Shown here one piece after another: positions 54,236-62,461 of a stretch of 64,000 bases of DNA. The notes under the pieces are model-generated. The model had not been told where the DNA came from. It did not search any database and saw only the letters and a program-made list of their open reading frames with translations. The stretch lies in the IMG/VR virus record IMGVR_UViG_2671180879_000003, positions 3,799 through 67,798 of that record. One strand, written 5' to 3'. Source of the DNA: a virus. Lineage: Duplodnaviria; Caudoviricetes. A program made the position numbers and the translations under genes. Numbering within the stretch: position 1 is the stretch's first letter; every line of letters begins with the position of its first letter.

Positions 54236-54920
54236 TTATATGTTCCTCTAATTTCGTAAAATATTGATCTATTTTTTCTTCTCTATTTTTTTCATTATTA
54301 ACTATTCTAGACTTTAAGACTTCTATTCTAGCTTTTTGTTCTTCAGTAGCTAAATTTAAATTAGAATTAATCATATTGTCATATTGCTTAATTAAACTCC
54401 TTAATTCGCTCATTGCTCTACTTTGAGCATTAAGAAAAGAAGCTTGTCTATCCCATGCAAATTGAAGTTCATACTCTATCTTTTGAGATAACTCACTTTG
54501 TTCCTCTTTTTTTACTTCTCTTATTATTTCATCTTTTTCAGCAACATACATAATTTTTTGAGCTCTTATTATAGCCGCATACTGTATTACAATTTGTTCC
54601 CAAAGTATATCTATCTGTTTTTTTTCAACTATAGAATCCATTAACTCTAAGGTTTCATCTGGTAAGTATTTAGAAAAAAAGCCAAACTTTTCAGCATTTT
54701 TATTTCCTTTTGGAGCTCCATGTCCAACTGCATTTTTATTATTAAGAGGAGCCCCTCCAGTATTCTTAGGTATTCCCTTTCGCCGTTTTTCTTCAGCCCA
54801 TTTATATCTACTTATCCATGATTTCAGTGTATTTATATTAATTCCATGATTTTTACATATTTGTTTTTGTTTTATTCCATTTAGATAATCTATTTTAGCT
54901 AAATCCTTTAAATCTGCCAC
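54225..54920 (-). CDS. Terminase small subunit
   Basis: N-terminal HTH, GAPKGNKNAEKFGFFSKYLP. Confidence 0.88.
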   Translation of the reverse strand: MADLKDLAKIDYLNGIKQKQICKNHGININTLKSWISRYKWAEEKRRKGIPKNTGGAPLNNKNAVGHGAPKGNKNAEKFGFFSKYLPDETLELMDSIVEKKQIDILWEQIVIQYAAIIRAQKIMYVAEKDEIIREVKKEEQSELSQKIEYELQFAWDRQASFLNAQSRAMSELRSLIKQYDNMINSNLNLATEEQKARIEVLKSRIVNNEKNREEKIDQYFTKLEEHINVK

Positions 54921-54946
54921 ATCACCACCTCAATTCTTTGTTAAAT

Positions 54947-54986
54947 AAAAAAGCCACTAATCTTTTTAAGATTTAGTGACTTTTTT
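54947..54986 (-). terminator. Terminator in element 2 late leader
   Basis: aaaaaagccactaa...ttagtgactttttt. Confidence 0.65.
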
Positions 54987-55034
54987 ATTACTATGCATTT
55001 AAACATATGAAAACTTGTTGCAAAATAACAGTTT

Positions 55035-55085
55035 TAGTTTATACTCCATACCGCTATAGAGTTCTCAAAGAGCCGTAAAGTTATA
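55035..55085 (-). ncRNA. Conserved boxA-like plus hairpin motif, copy 2
   Basis: GGCTCTTTGAGAACT then ACTCTATA-GCGG-TATGGAGT. Confidence 0.55.
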
Positions 55086-55090
55086 ATATT

Positions 55091-55164
55091 TGATGAGAAT
55101 ATATGGTTTCGAACCATATTCTACTAATAAATTTAGCTGTTTTCCCATATTAAACTATATCCTC
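55091..55164 (-). ncRNA. tRNA-like element, copy 2
   Basis: Acceptor GAGGATA/TATTCTC, D stem GTTT/AAAC, T arm TATGG-TTCGAAA-CCATA; anticodon arm has a 5-nt loop; no encoded CCA. Confidence 0.65.
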
Positions 55165-55258
55165 ATATATAGATTAAATACAAATCTATCTTAATTATTT
55201 TATATAAAATAATGTAATCGATAGTAAGTAGTTAATATTGTATAATTTCTTTATACTA

Positions 55259-55313
55259 ATATAATATCATACTTACTATCAATTTAATTCTTCACTTTTT
55301 CCGAAGTTTTTCT
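55259..55313 (-). promoter_or_regulatory. Probable activator-dependent late promoter
   Basis: Directly after activator gene: AGAAAAACTTCGGAAAAAGT then extended -10 TGATATTAT. Confidence 0.65.
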
Positions 55314-55344
55314 AAAAATATATACTCATTCAAGATTAAGATTT

Positions 55345-55830
55345 TTATCTACTATGATTTTCAAAATTATAAAGTGGAAAAATTATAGGTATAGATTTTT
55401 TTATCATATTTTCTCTTATGGAGTAATACGTATCTTTTCCTACATTCATTTTTAATCCATATACTTGCCAATTTTTTATATTTTGTATGTATCTAATATT
55501 AAACATTTCATTTTCTTCTTTATTAAAGTTATCTATAGCTCTCTCAACTCGTTTTATACTTACCTCTTTTTCATACTTTAATTGTTCTAATAACTGTAAC
55601 TTCTTCTGTTTTTGAATAATTTCTATTTCAACAGGTGAATTTATATTATCACTTTTTTGAACTTTTTCTAAATACTCAGTTGACCTAAAACCATTGTAAT
55701 CAAACTTTATAAATTCTATCTCTTCTTCTATACATATAACTTCTCTTTTTAAATCTTTAAATTGATAAAATAGACTTTCAACTTTATTAAATAAGTTATG
55801 TTTTTTTGATACTTTTACTGTAGTACTCAT
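55345..55830 (-). CDS. RinA/ArpU-family late activator
   Basis: Position before terS, C-terminal HTH, similar layout to 25736..26239. Confidence 0.75.
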   Translation of the reverse strand: MSTTVKVSKKHNLFNKVESLFYQFKDLKREVICIEEEIEFIKFDYNGFRSTEYLEKVQKSDNINSPVEIEIIQKQKKLQLLEQLKYEKEVSIKRVERAIDNFNKEENEMFNIRYIQNIKNWQVYGLKMNVGKDTYYSIRENMIKKSIPIIFPLYNFENHSR

Positions 55831-55846
55831 AATATCACCTCTATTA

Positions 55847-56251
55847 TTATTCTAATTCTTCGATTATAACTTCAACTCTAGGATTATTATCAAAGTATTT
55901 ATTTGCAATTAATTCAACAATTTGTGTATCATCATTATAAGCAACTTTATTTAAAGCATCACATATTATTTTTACAACATTATCTATGTCTGGCTTAATA
56001 TTAAAAGGTCTTACTTTACCACTTAATTTTGATTCTTTTAGCTTTTTATTATCACTTTTAGCTATTTTATAATAGCAATTTATAGTTAGTTTTATAGCTT
56101 CAGAAAAATAAGGTTTATTTTCTGCTCTATATAATAGTTTTATATAATTTTCATAAATAATAGTTTCTTCTGGTGTTCTTATTTTTCCATAACTTAACCT
56201 TGGTCTATCCTTTCCTTTTGGTTTTCCATTTATAATAAATTTAGCTTTCAT
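55847..56251 (-). CDS. rusA: RusA Holliday junction resolvase
   Basis: KPDIDNVVKIICDALN...DDTQIV. Confidence 0.92.
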   Translation of the reverse strand: MKAKFIINGKPKGKDRPRLSYGKIRTPEETIIYENYIKLLYRAENKPYFSEAIKLTINCYYKIAKSDNKKLKESKLSGKVRPFNIKPDIDNVVKIICDALNKVAYNDDTQIVELIANKYFDNNPRVEVIIEELE

Positions 56252-56260
56252 ACTAATCTC

Positions 56261-56494
56261 CTAATAATTTTTCGAATTAAAATCATCTTCATTTGATTCT
56301 CCACCTTTAATGCCCCATACACTCATTACCTTATCAGCACTTTGTGGATAATTTATTTTCCCATTTATCTCTTTACCACATATACACTGAGCTAAAGCCA
56401 TATAATTTGGATATGTTTTTGAGTCACTAGGCTTAAAAAATGTTTTTTGTACACTGGGTATGTACGCTTCTTTTTTCATAAATCTGCCCTCCAT
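56261..56494 (-). CDS. Hypothetical phage protein
   Basis: Paralogue of 27045..27275. Confidence 0.7.
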   Translation of the reverse strand: MEGRFMKKEAYIPSVQKTFFKPSDSKTYPNYMALAQCICGKEINGKINYPQSADKVMSVWGIKGGESNEDDFNSKNY

Positions 56495-56598
56495 AAATTT
56501 TTAAATTAACACTTTATTTTAATTTATAAACTTGTTGTTTGTTTTTTATAAATATTTAATTTAATAATATTGTTTTTTCATATTTATAAGTTATAATT

Positions 56599-57138
56599 TT
56601 AACAATTAAATTTCTTATTATCTTTAATTTCTATTTTATATCTTTGCCTAAATAACCTTTTAGCTTCTATAGCTTGTTTTAAATTTCCTCGGCTAGCATT
56701 TAAGTACTCACATGCTTTATTAATGCTTTTTAGATCAATAATTTCATTTTTCAAAGTATCTGTAATTCTAACTTCTTTACATTTTATCCTTTCAATATTC
56801 TCTGGTACTTCAATCATATATCGTTTTTTGAATTTAATTTTATGTTTTATATATATAGTTATATCTGATCTTCTAATGTTTAAAAATTTACAACAATCAT
56901 TTAATGTATTAAACTCATAAACCTTATTTTCAACCTCATCTGTAACCCTCGCTCTATGATTATAACTTTTTTTAGAGCTTTTAATATTCCTATATGCTCC
57001 ACCCTCTCCATATCTAGCATCCTCTAAAATTATATGTTTAATTGCTTTTCCAATACTTAATTTAGGGTTTAATATACAAGCTAGTAATGCCATATAGTTT
57101 TCTGTAAAGTCAAAATCATATGTATTGCTATATTTCAT
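56599..57138 (-). CDS. NUMOD1-like repeat protein
   Basis: Paralogue of 27259..27804. Confidence 0.65.
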   Translation of the reverse strand: MKYSNTYDFDFTENYMALLACILNPKLSIGKAIKHIILEDARYGEGGAYRNIKSSKKSYNHRARVTDEVENKVYEFNTLNDCCKFLNIRRSDITIYIKHKIKFKKRYMIEVPENIERIKCKEVRITDTLKNEIIDLKSINKACEYLNASRGNLKQAIEAKRLFRQRYKIEIKDNKKFNC

Positions 57139-57171
57139 ATCTGATAGCTTCTCCTTTTCTGCTTTTCATCT

Positions 57172-57975
57172 TTACTTAGCTTCATAAATTCTATAATTTA
57201 ATTTTTTACCTTTCATTATAACTGTATAATTTTTGCATTTTTCATATAACCTAGACCCTATAGCTTCATCAATTTCTAATAAGTTACTCAATGATTTTTC
57301 AGTAGTAATTATCATGGGAAGGTTTTTGAAGTATCTATAATCAATTATTTCATACATTATGTTTATATCAGATTCAGTAATTCTTCCCTTAAATAAATCA
57401 TCTATAAATAAAATCTGAGCTTCCTTATATTTGATTATTTCTCTTTGATAATTTTCTTCATCAGTTATACACTGCTTAATTTTAGTTATGATGTTTCTAT
57501 AAGGCATATATATAACGCCTTTACCATCATCTAATAGTATATTTGATATAGCCATAGCTAAATGTGTTTTACCACTTCCAACTTGTCCCATTAGCATTAT
57601 TGAATTTTGCTTCTTATTAATAATAGATTTAAATTCTTTAGAGTAAGTCTTTGATGTTACATACGCTTCCATTGCCTCAATACTACTTTCATACTTAAAA
57701 TTTTCAAATCTCATTTTTCTAAATTCTTCACTTATCCCTGATAGTTTTAACTTATTCTCTGCTATTCTTAAGTTTCTACATTTACATGGTGCAAAACTTC
57801 CATCATCTAGCTCTATAAAGAGCATATCTCTACATTTAGAACACTTATATTCATTTTTTGCTAAGCTCTTTGCACTTTTCAAGCAATCTAATTTTTCTTG
57901 ATTCTTCACTTTCTCTACTATCATTTGTACTCTTTTTTGTAGATTTATCTTTTCTTGTTCTAACATATAGATCAT
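57172..57975 (-). CDS. DnaC/IstB-like helicase loader ATPase
   Basis: GQVGSGKTHL, LFIDDL, N-terminal Cys cluster. Confidence 0.9.
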   Translation of the reverse strand: MIYMLEQEKINLQKRVQMIVEKVKNQEKLDCLKSAKSLAKNEYKCSKCRDMLFIELDDGSFAPCKCRNLRIAENKLKLSGISEEFRKMRFENFKYESSIEAMEAYVTSKTYSKEFKSIINKKQNSIMLMGQVGSGKTHLAMAISNILLDDGKGVIYMPYRNIITKIKQCITDEENYQREIIKYKEAQILFIDDLFKGRITESDINIMYEIIDYRYFKNLPMIITTEKSLSNLLEIDEAIGSRLYEKCKNYTVIMKGKKLNYRIYEAK

Positions 57976-58744
57976 CTCCTTTATACAATTTGGCTTCTAT
58001 ATTTTTTTCTATATTTGATCTGTATAGTTTTAATTTATCCACCGTAGTAATTCCAGCTTCTAACCACTTATTTATAATACCTTCTATGTAGTATATAGAT
58101 TTTATATTTGATTTTATAGATATTCTCATTGCTTCTATAAATAACTCATTTTGTATTTTTTTTGATAATTTAACTATCCTATCTTGTTCAATTGAATTTA
58201 ATATATAATTACTAGCTATTTCTCTTTTATAAAAGTTTATTATATCTTCTATAGTAGTCTCTTTTGTGTTATCCAAATTATTTAAACTTATATTTTTAAT
58301 ATTGTTATTATTAAAGCTTTTATTATTAGGGGGGTTAATTTGATTACTATCAAGTTGACTACTATCAAATTGACCATTGTCAATTTGACTAGTATCATAT
58401 TCTTCTCTTGCAACTTTTATTTCTCTAGTATCCATTATTAATTCATATAAGTTGCTGTCATTTCTATTACCTTTTCGTCTCTTATAAACACGTATATATC
58501 CATGTTCTTTTAATTGTTTTATATTTTTATTAAATCTTCTCTCCGTTGTTGCTAGTTCAGCAAGCATTAATTCTTTTCCCGGAAAACAACTCCCATTACT
58601 TCCTGCAAAACTAGCTAAATATGCATATATAGCTTTTGCTTCTAAGCTTAACAATTTATCTCTAGTTATCTTTTTAGGAATTAAACCATATCCTTCATTT
58701 AAAATACTGGTACTTTGAAAATATGGTTTATCTTTCACTTCCAC
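57851..58744 (-). CDS. Replication initiator (HTH plus DnaD domain)
   Basis: LSLEAKAIYAYL...CFPG; YIEGIINKWLEAGITT. Confidence 0.88.
   Translation of the reverse strand: MEVKDKPYFQSTSILNEGYGLIPKKITRDKLLSLEAKAIYAYLASFAGSNGSCFPGKELMLAELATTERRFNKNIKQLKEHGYIRVYKRRKGNRNDSNLYELIMDTREIKVAREEYDTSQIDNGQFDSSQLDSNQINPPNNKSFNNNNIKNISLNNLDNTKETTIEDIINFYKREIASNYILNSIEQDRIVKLSKKIQNELFIEAMRISIKSNIKSIYYIEGIINKWLEAGITTVDKLKLYRSNIEKNIEAKLYKGDDLYVRTRKDKSTKKSTNDSRESEESRKIRLLEKCKELSKK
58341..58400. repeat. Four tandem 15-nt iteron-like repeats (probable origin)
   Basis: tgattactatcaagt/tgactactatcaaat/tgaccattgtcaatt/tgactagtatcatat next to an AT-rich tract. Confidence 0.65.
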
Positions 58745-58782
58745 TATATTTCACCTTCTTTTGTATTAAATAGCCATTATCA

Positions 58783-59607
58783 TTATTGAGTAATATTTAT
58801 TTCTTCACTTTCATCTTTTAATTCAAATCCAACCTCAATAGGTTCTGTTTCATCTTCGATTAAACTCATATCTTCATCTATTTTAGATTTAACAGTTTCA
58901 TCTGAGTTAACTGCCTTTTGAATTTCTATACTTAGTGGAGCGTATTTTAAAAGTTGTTTTATAACAGTTTTCTTTGCCATTGCATTAAAATCAGTTTGCC
59001 AAGGTCCATTTTTAAAAGTCTTACTTTTACTTCTAGCATGATTTAACACTTCTTCTTTGGTCATGAATATAAAACTATATCCACCTGAAGTTAAATGGTA
59101 AACTGAGTAATAACCTATAACTTCTCCTCTTTCCCCAGTTATTACAGGCTCATGTATAATATCTTGATTTAGTCCATACTTTACTTCAAACTTATCATTT
59201 TCTCTAACCTCATGTGCATATAAACTCTTTATTTGTCCACTTCTTAATGCCAACTCCAGTAATCCCTTATATCCAATTTGAAATTGAACTTTATTACCAT
59301 ATGGAATTAGATAGGCTTGTCCTAGTGGTGTATTTGGTTCTAAACCTAGTTGAGCTGAATCCATCATAGCTGCTAAAAAACTCATAGGATCACAACTTAA
59401 AAATTTAGAATTACTTCCAAATGCTGTTAAAACTAGTCTTTGAAATCTCTCGCTTGATATATGTTCTGGTAAGGCTTTCTTTATTTGTCCTGACATTTGT
59501 CTCATTAATTGCTCCATAGCTTTATTTGGGCTAGATTTTTTGACATTTATTGTTTCTGATGCTTTATTTGCTAGTTTATTTTTTAAATCTGTCATTTTAT
59601 ATACCAT
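58783..59607 (-). CDS. recT: RecT recombinase
   Basis: AQLGLEPNTPLGQAYLIPY, FQIGYKG, MAKKTVIK. Confidence 0.93.
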   Translation of the reverse strand: MVYKMTDLKNKLANKASETINVKKSSPNKAMEQLMRQMSGQIKKALPEHISSERFQRLVLTAFGSNSKFLSCDPMSFLAAMMDSAQLGLEPNTPLGQAYLIPYGNKVQFQIGYKGLLELALRSGQIKSLYAHEVRENDKFEVKYGLNQDIIHEPVITGERGEVIGYYSVYHLTSGGYSFIFMTKEEVLNHARSKSKTFKNGPWQTDFNAMAKKTVIKQLLKYAPLSIEIQKAVNSDETVKSKIDEDMSLIEDETEPIEVGFELKDESEEINITQ

Positions 59608-59613
59608 CCTTCT

Positions 59614-60600
59614 TTATTTTTCTTTTCCAATCTTAAAAATTCTTGAAGTGCTAATTTTCATAAATTGTTCTGCTATATCTGGCATCTCAGCTTTTAATTT
59701 TTTACTATCTAAAGTTTTTCTAGAAGAATTTTTCCATGTTATTTTTCTAGTTCCTATTCTAGCTACTTCAAATTCTTCCATATGAGCTTGTATTTCTTGT
59801 TCTATTAATTTTTTCTCCTTCTCTAATTGTTTTATATCTGATAATATGTCATCATATCTTAAAAGCTTTTCTTTCCCATTTTCTAAAAAATGCAATTCTA
59901 TTTCTTCATTATTAGAAAATTTATATTTCTCTTTTAAATACTCACTGTATGCATCTGATCCATCTGGTAAAGGTACAATATCTTTTAATATGTTTTCTTC
60001 CCAAAACCTTTTTTCTATTTGCATAAGATAGTTTATCGACTCTTCATCCCTAACTAATTTATGAAATAAGAATTCACTGTTCCCAATTAGCACAGCTATA
60101 TAGCAATGTGTAGCACCTGTTATAGCCATATAATGTAAGCATTGAATTTCATAATGTATTGGAATTCCTTCTTGCCATTCTTTTAGTGAATATGAACCCG
60201 TTGTTTTACACTCTAAAAAAGCTTTTTCTCCTAAAATAGCTCTATCTATATTTCCTAGCGCAAAAGGATATTTATCATTTTTAAGTATGCCATTAACATT
60301 TCTTACCTTTAATCCAGTTTTTTCTGTAAATAATTCAGCAACCAAGCCCTCTAATCTATTTCCTAATTCAAGTCTAAAAGATTTAACTTCTTTTGGACTA
60401 TCCGCTTTTTTTTCCATATAAAGTTGTATTGAACTCTTCCATGGATTAACGCCTATAACTGCAGATGCATCACTACCTCCTATTCCCGATTGTCTGTACT
60501 TTAGCCATTTATCCTTTTTTATATCTTTTGTATCAACTACTATGTATGAATCTAAATATTTTCTTTGCCTTTCACATCTATTTCTATTCATAAAATCCAC
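59614..60600 (-). CDS. yqaJ: YqaJ-family exonuclease
   Basis: GIGGSDAS, NIDR, LECKT, YEIQCLHYM. Confidence 0.9.
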   Translation of the reverse strand: MDFMNRNRCERQRKYLDSYIVVDTKDIKKDKWLKYRQSGIGGSDASAVIGVNPWKSSIQLYMEKKADSPKEVKSFRLELGNRLEGLVAELFTEKTGLKVRNVNGILKNDKYPFALGNIDRAILGEKAFLECKTTGSYSLKEWQEGIPIHYEIQCLHYMAITGATHCYIAVLIGNSEFLFHKLVRDEESINYLMQIEKRFWEENILKDIVPLPDGSDAYSEYLKEKYKFSNNEEIELHFLENGKEKLLRYDDILSDIKQLEKEKKLIEQEIQAHMEEFEVARIGTRKITWKNSSRKTLDSKKLKAEMPDIAEQFMKISTSRIFKIGKEK

Positions 60601-60626
60601 CCTTCTATTGGACTATTATATTTAAT

Positions 60627-60654
60627 AATTTATTTAAAATTAAGCTTGTCCTAA
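60627..60654 (-). promoter_or_regulatory. SpoIIID box with sigE-like -10 before yqaJ
   Basis: TAGGACAAGC, then AATAAATT at the same spacing as the other two sites. Confidence 0.5.
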
Positions 60655-60670
60655 TTTGTATGTATAGCTA

Positions 60671-60850
60671 CTATTTTTTAGTAGCTAACTTACCTTCTTT
60701 GTATAACCTTTTTGCTATTCTATAATTAATCTTTGCTATTCTGTCAAGGATTGCCTGAATTTCTTCATCTGTTTGCTTTCTTCCAAGCCTCACTTCTGGA
60801 GAAATTATTTCTATTATCGCATTTTCAGTTTCTACCTTATAAATATCCAT
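60671..60850 (-). CDS. 59-aa protein, candidate recombination directionality factor
   Basis: MDIYKVETENAIIEIISPEVRLGRKQTDEEIQAILDRIAKINYRIAKRL (manual translation); G-rich RBS; directly upstream of yqaJ. Confidence 0.65.
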   Translation of the reverse strand: MDIYKVETENAIIEIISPEVRLGRKQTDEEIQAILDRIAKINYRIAKRLYKEGKLATKK

Positions 60851-60871
60851 AATGTAATCCCCCCTTTATAA

Positions 60872-60901
60872 TTTATATGAATTATAAAAATTGTCCTATT
60901 C
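60872..60901 (-). promoter_or_regulatory. SigE-like promoter overlapping SpoIIID box
   Basis: ATA-N17-CATATAAA with TAGGACAATT. Confidence 0.62.
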
Positions 60902-60940
60902 AACACTATTTCTATGTAAATATGAAAAAGATTAATATAT

Positions 60941-61141
60941 CTATATAGTTTTTTTAAATAGCATTTTTAAATCACACTCTGGAAAAAATTGTTCTTGTAT
61001 TTTAAGAGCTTCATCATAAGTAAATGAATACTTACCTGATAGTTTTAAATTTAAAGTATTGTAAGTTTTGCCTATGTATTTGGCTATAGATGCTTTTTTT
61101 ATTTTTTTCCTAGCTATCTCAGCCTCTAAATTAAGATACAT
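60941..61141 (-). CDS. Cro-like HTH protein
   Basis: NLEAEIARKKI...FTYDEA; divergent from repressor. Confidence 0.85.
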   Translation of the reverse strand: MYLNLEAEIARKKIKKASIAKYIGKTYNTLNLKLSGKYSFTYDEALKIQEQFFPECDLKMLFKKTI

Positions 61142-61159
61142 TTGATGCTTCCTCCTTTG

Positions 61160-61284
61160 AACGTTATTTCGTTTGTAATTTAATGTTATACTAAATTTCG
61201 TTTAAAATCAACATTTTTTTTATTTTTTTATAAAATTTAAATATTTTTAAATGAAATTTCGTTTATTATGATTGAATTTACGTT
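61160..61284. promoter_or_regulatory. Four 14-bp operators, consensus AACGAAATTTCGTT
   Basis: Imperfect palindromes at 61160, 61189, 61250 and 61271 between cro and cI. Confidence 0.7.
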
Positions 61285-61325
61285 TATAAAATGCTAATAT
61301 ATACAATAGAAAGGAGGTTTTTATA

Positions 61326-61808
61326 TTGAATAAAACTAATAAATTAAAACAACTAATTTTAAATAAATATGGTAGTATAAGAGAATTTTCTAGAATTGTA
61401 CAAATACCTAGCACCACATTAACCAGTGCACTAGATAAAGGTATTGGCGGAATGGCTGTAGACCGAGTTATTAAAATTTGCGATATATTAAATATAGATA
61501 TAAAAACATTTGATCCCTTAGATCAAGATAATGAAATTTTTTCTAAAAAAGATGATTTAGATAAAAATAAAGTTAATAGTTTTAAATCTGTTAAGGAACA
61601 AAATTTATTAAGCAATTTCTATAAACTTAACGATTTAGGAAAAGATGAAGCAATTAAAAGGGTTTATGAATTAACTCAACTAAAAAACTATACTGAAAAA
61701 AACACTAGCTTAAATATAAAAACTATAGCTGCCCACAATGACCATTTAACCGAGTATGGTGAAATGGATAGAATATTAGAAGATATAAAAGATATGAATA
61801 ATTGGTAA
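61326..61808 (+). CDS. CI/ImmR-like repressor
   Basis: N-terminal XRE HTH, C-terminal TIAAH motif. Confidence 0.85.
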   Translation: MNKTNKLKQLILNKYGSIREFSRIVQIPSTTLTSALDKGIGGMAVDRVIKICDILNIDIKTFDPLDQDNEIFSKKDDLDKNKVNSFKSVKEQNLLSNFYKLNDLGKDEAIKRVYELTQLKNYTEKNTSLNIKTIAAHNDHLTEYGEMDRILEDIKDMNNW

Positions 61809-61815
61809 AGTTTAG

Positions 61816-62301
61816 GTGATTTATATGAATATATATGAAGAATTACAACAAGAAGCACATGAAAATAATATAATAGTAAAAGAAGTTTCACTTAAGTCAA
61901 GCTCTGATGGTCTATATTATGATGGAAAAATTGCTATAAATAAAACTAGATTGACTACTAATAAAGAAAAGGCATGCGTTTTAGCAGAAGAGCTTGCCCA
62001 TCATTATAAAAGTTATGGAAATATATTAGATACAGATGATATGTCAAATGCTAAACAAGAATATAAAGCTAGACTATTTTCTTATGATAAGTTAATCGGT
62101 TTAAATGGAATTATAAATGCTTGGAAAAATTATTGCAGAACTAAAGAAGAAATAGCTGACTATTTAAATGTCACTATTCCTTTTTTGGATGAAGCTATAG
62201 AATGCTATAAAAAAAAATACGACCCTTCTGTTCAGATAGATAACTATGCAATATCATTTTCTCCTAGTTTAATTATAACCGAACTTATTGATATATTTTA
62301 A
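61816..62301 (+). CDS. ImmA/IrrE-family metallopeptidase
   Basis: CVLAEELAHH...KQEYKAR. Confidence 0.85.
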   Translation: MIYMNIYEELQQEAHENNIIVKEVSLKSSSDGLYYDGKIAINKTRLTTNKEKACVLAEELAHHYKSYGNILDTDDMSNAKQEYKARLFSYDKLIGLNGIINAWKNYCRTKEEIADYLNVTIPFLDEAIECYKKKYDPSVQIDNYAISFSPSLIITELIDIF

Positions 62302-62461
62302 TACTATTTATGAAAGATTGCTATCAGCTTAATCTATTCTAACTAGTATTTTTTCATAAATGTATTAATAGATTTTTTATAATCGCATACCTTTAATTAA
62401 TAAACTCTATACAAAATTAATATAATTTAATATCTTAATTAAAATAAATTTATAAAGGTGA

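Noticed and set aside
55091-55164. Functional decoding tRNA
   Set aside because: The anticodon loop is not a canonical 7-nt loop, so no isotype can be assigned
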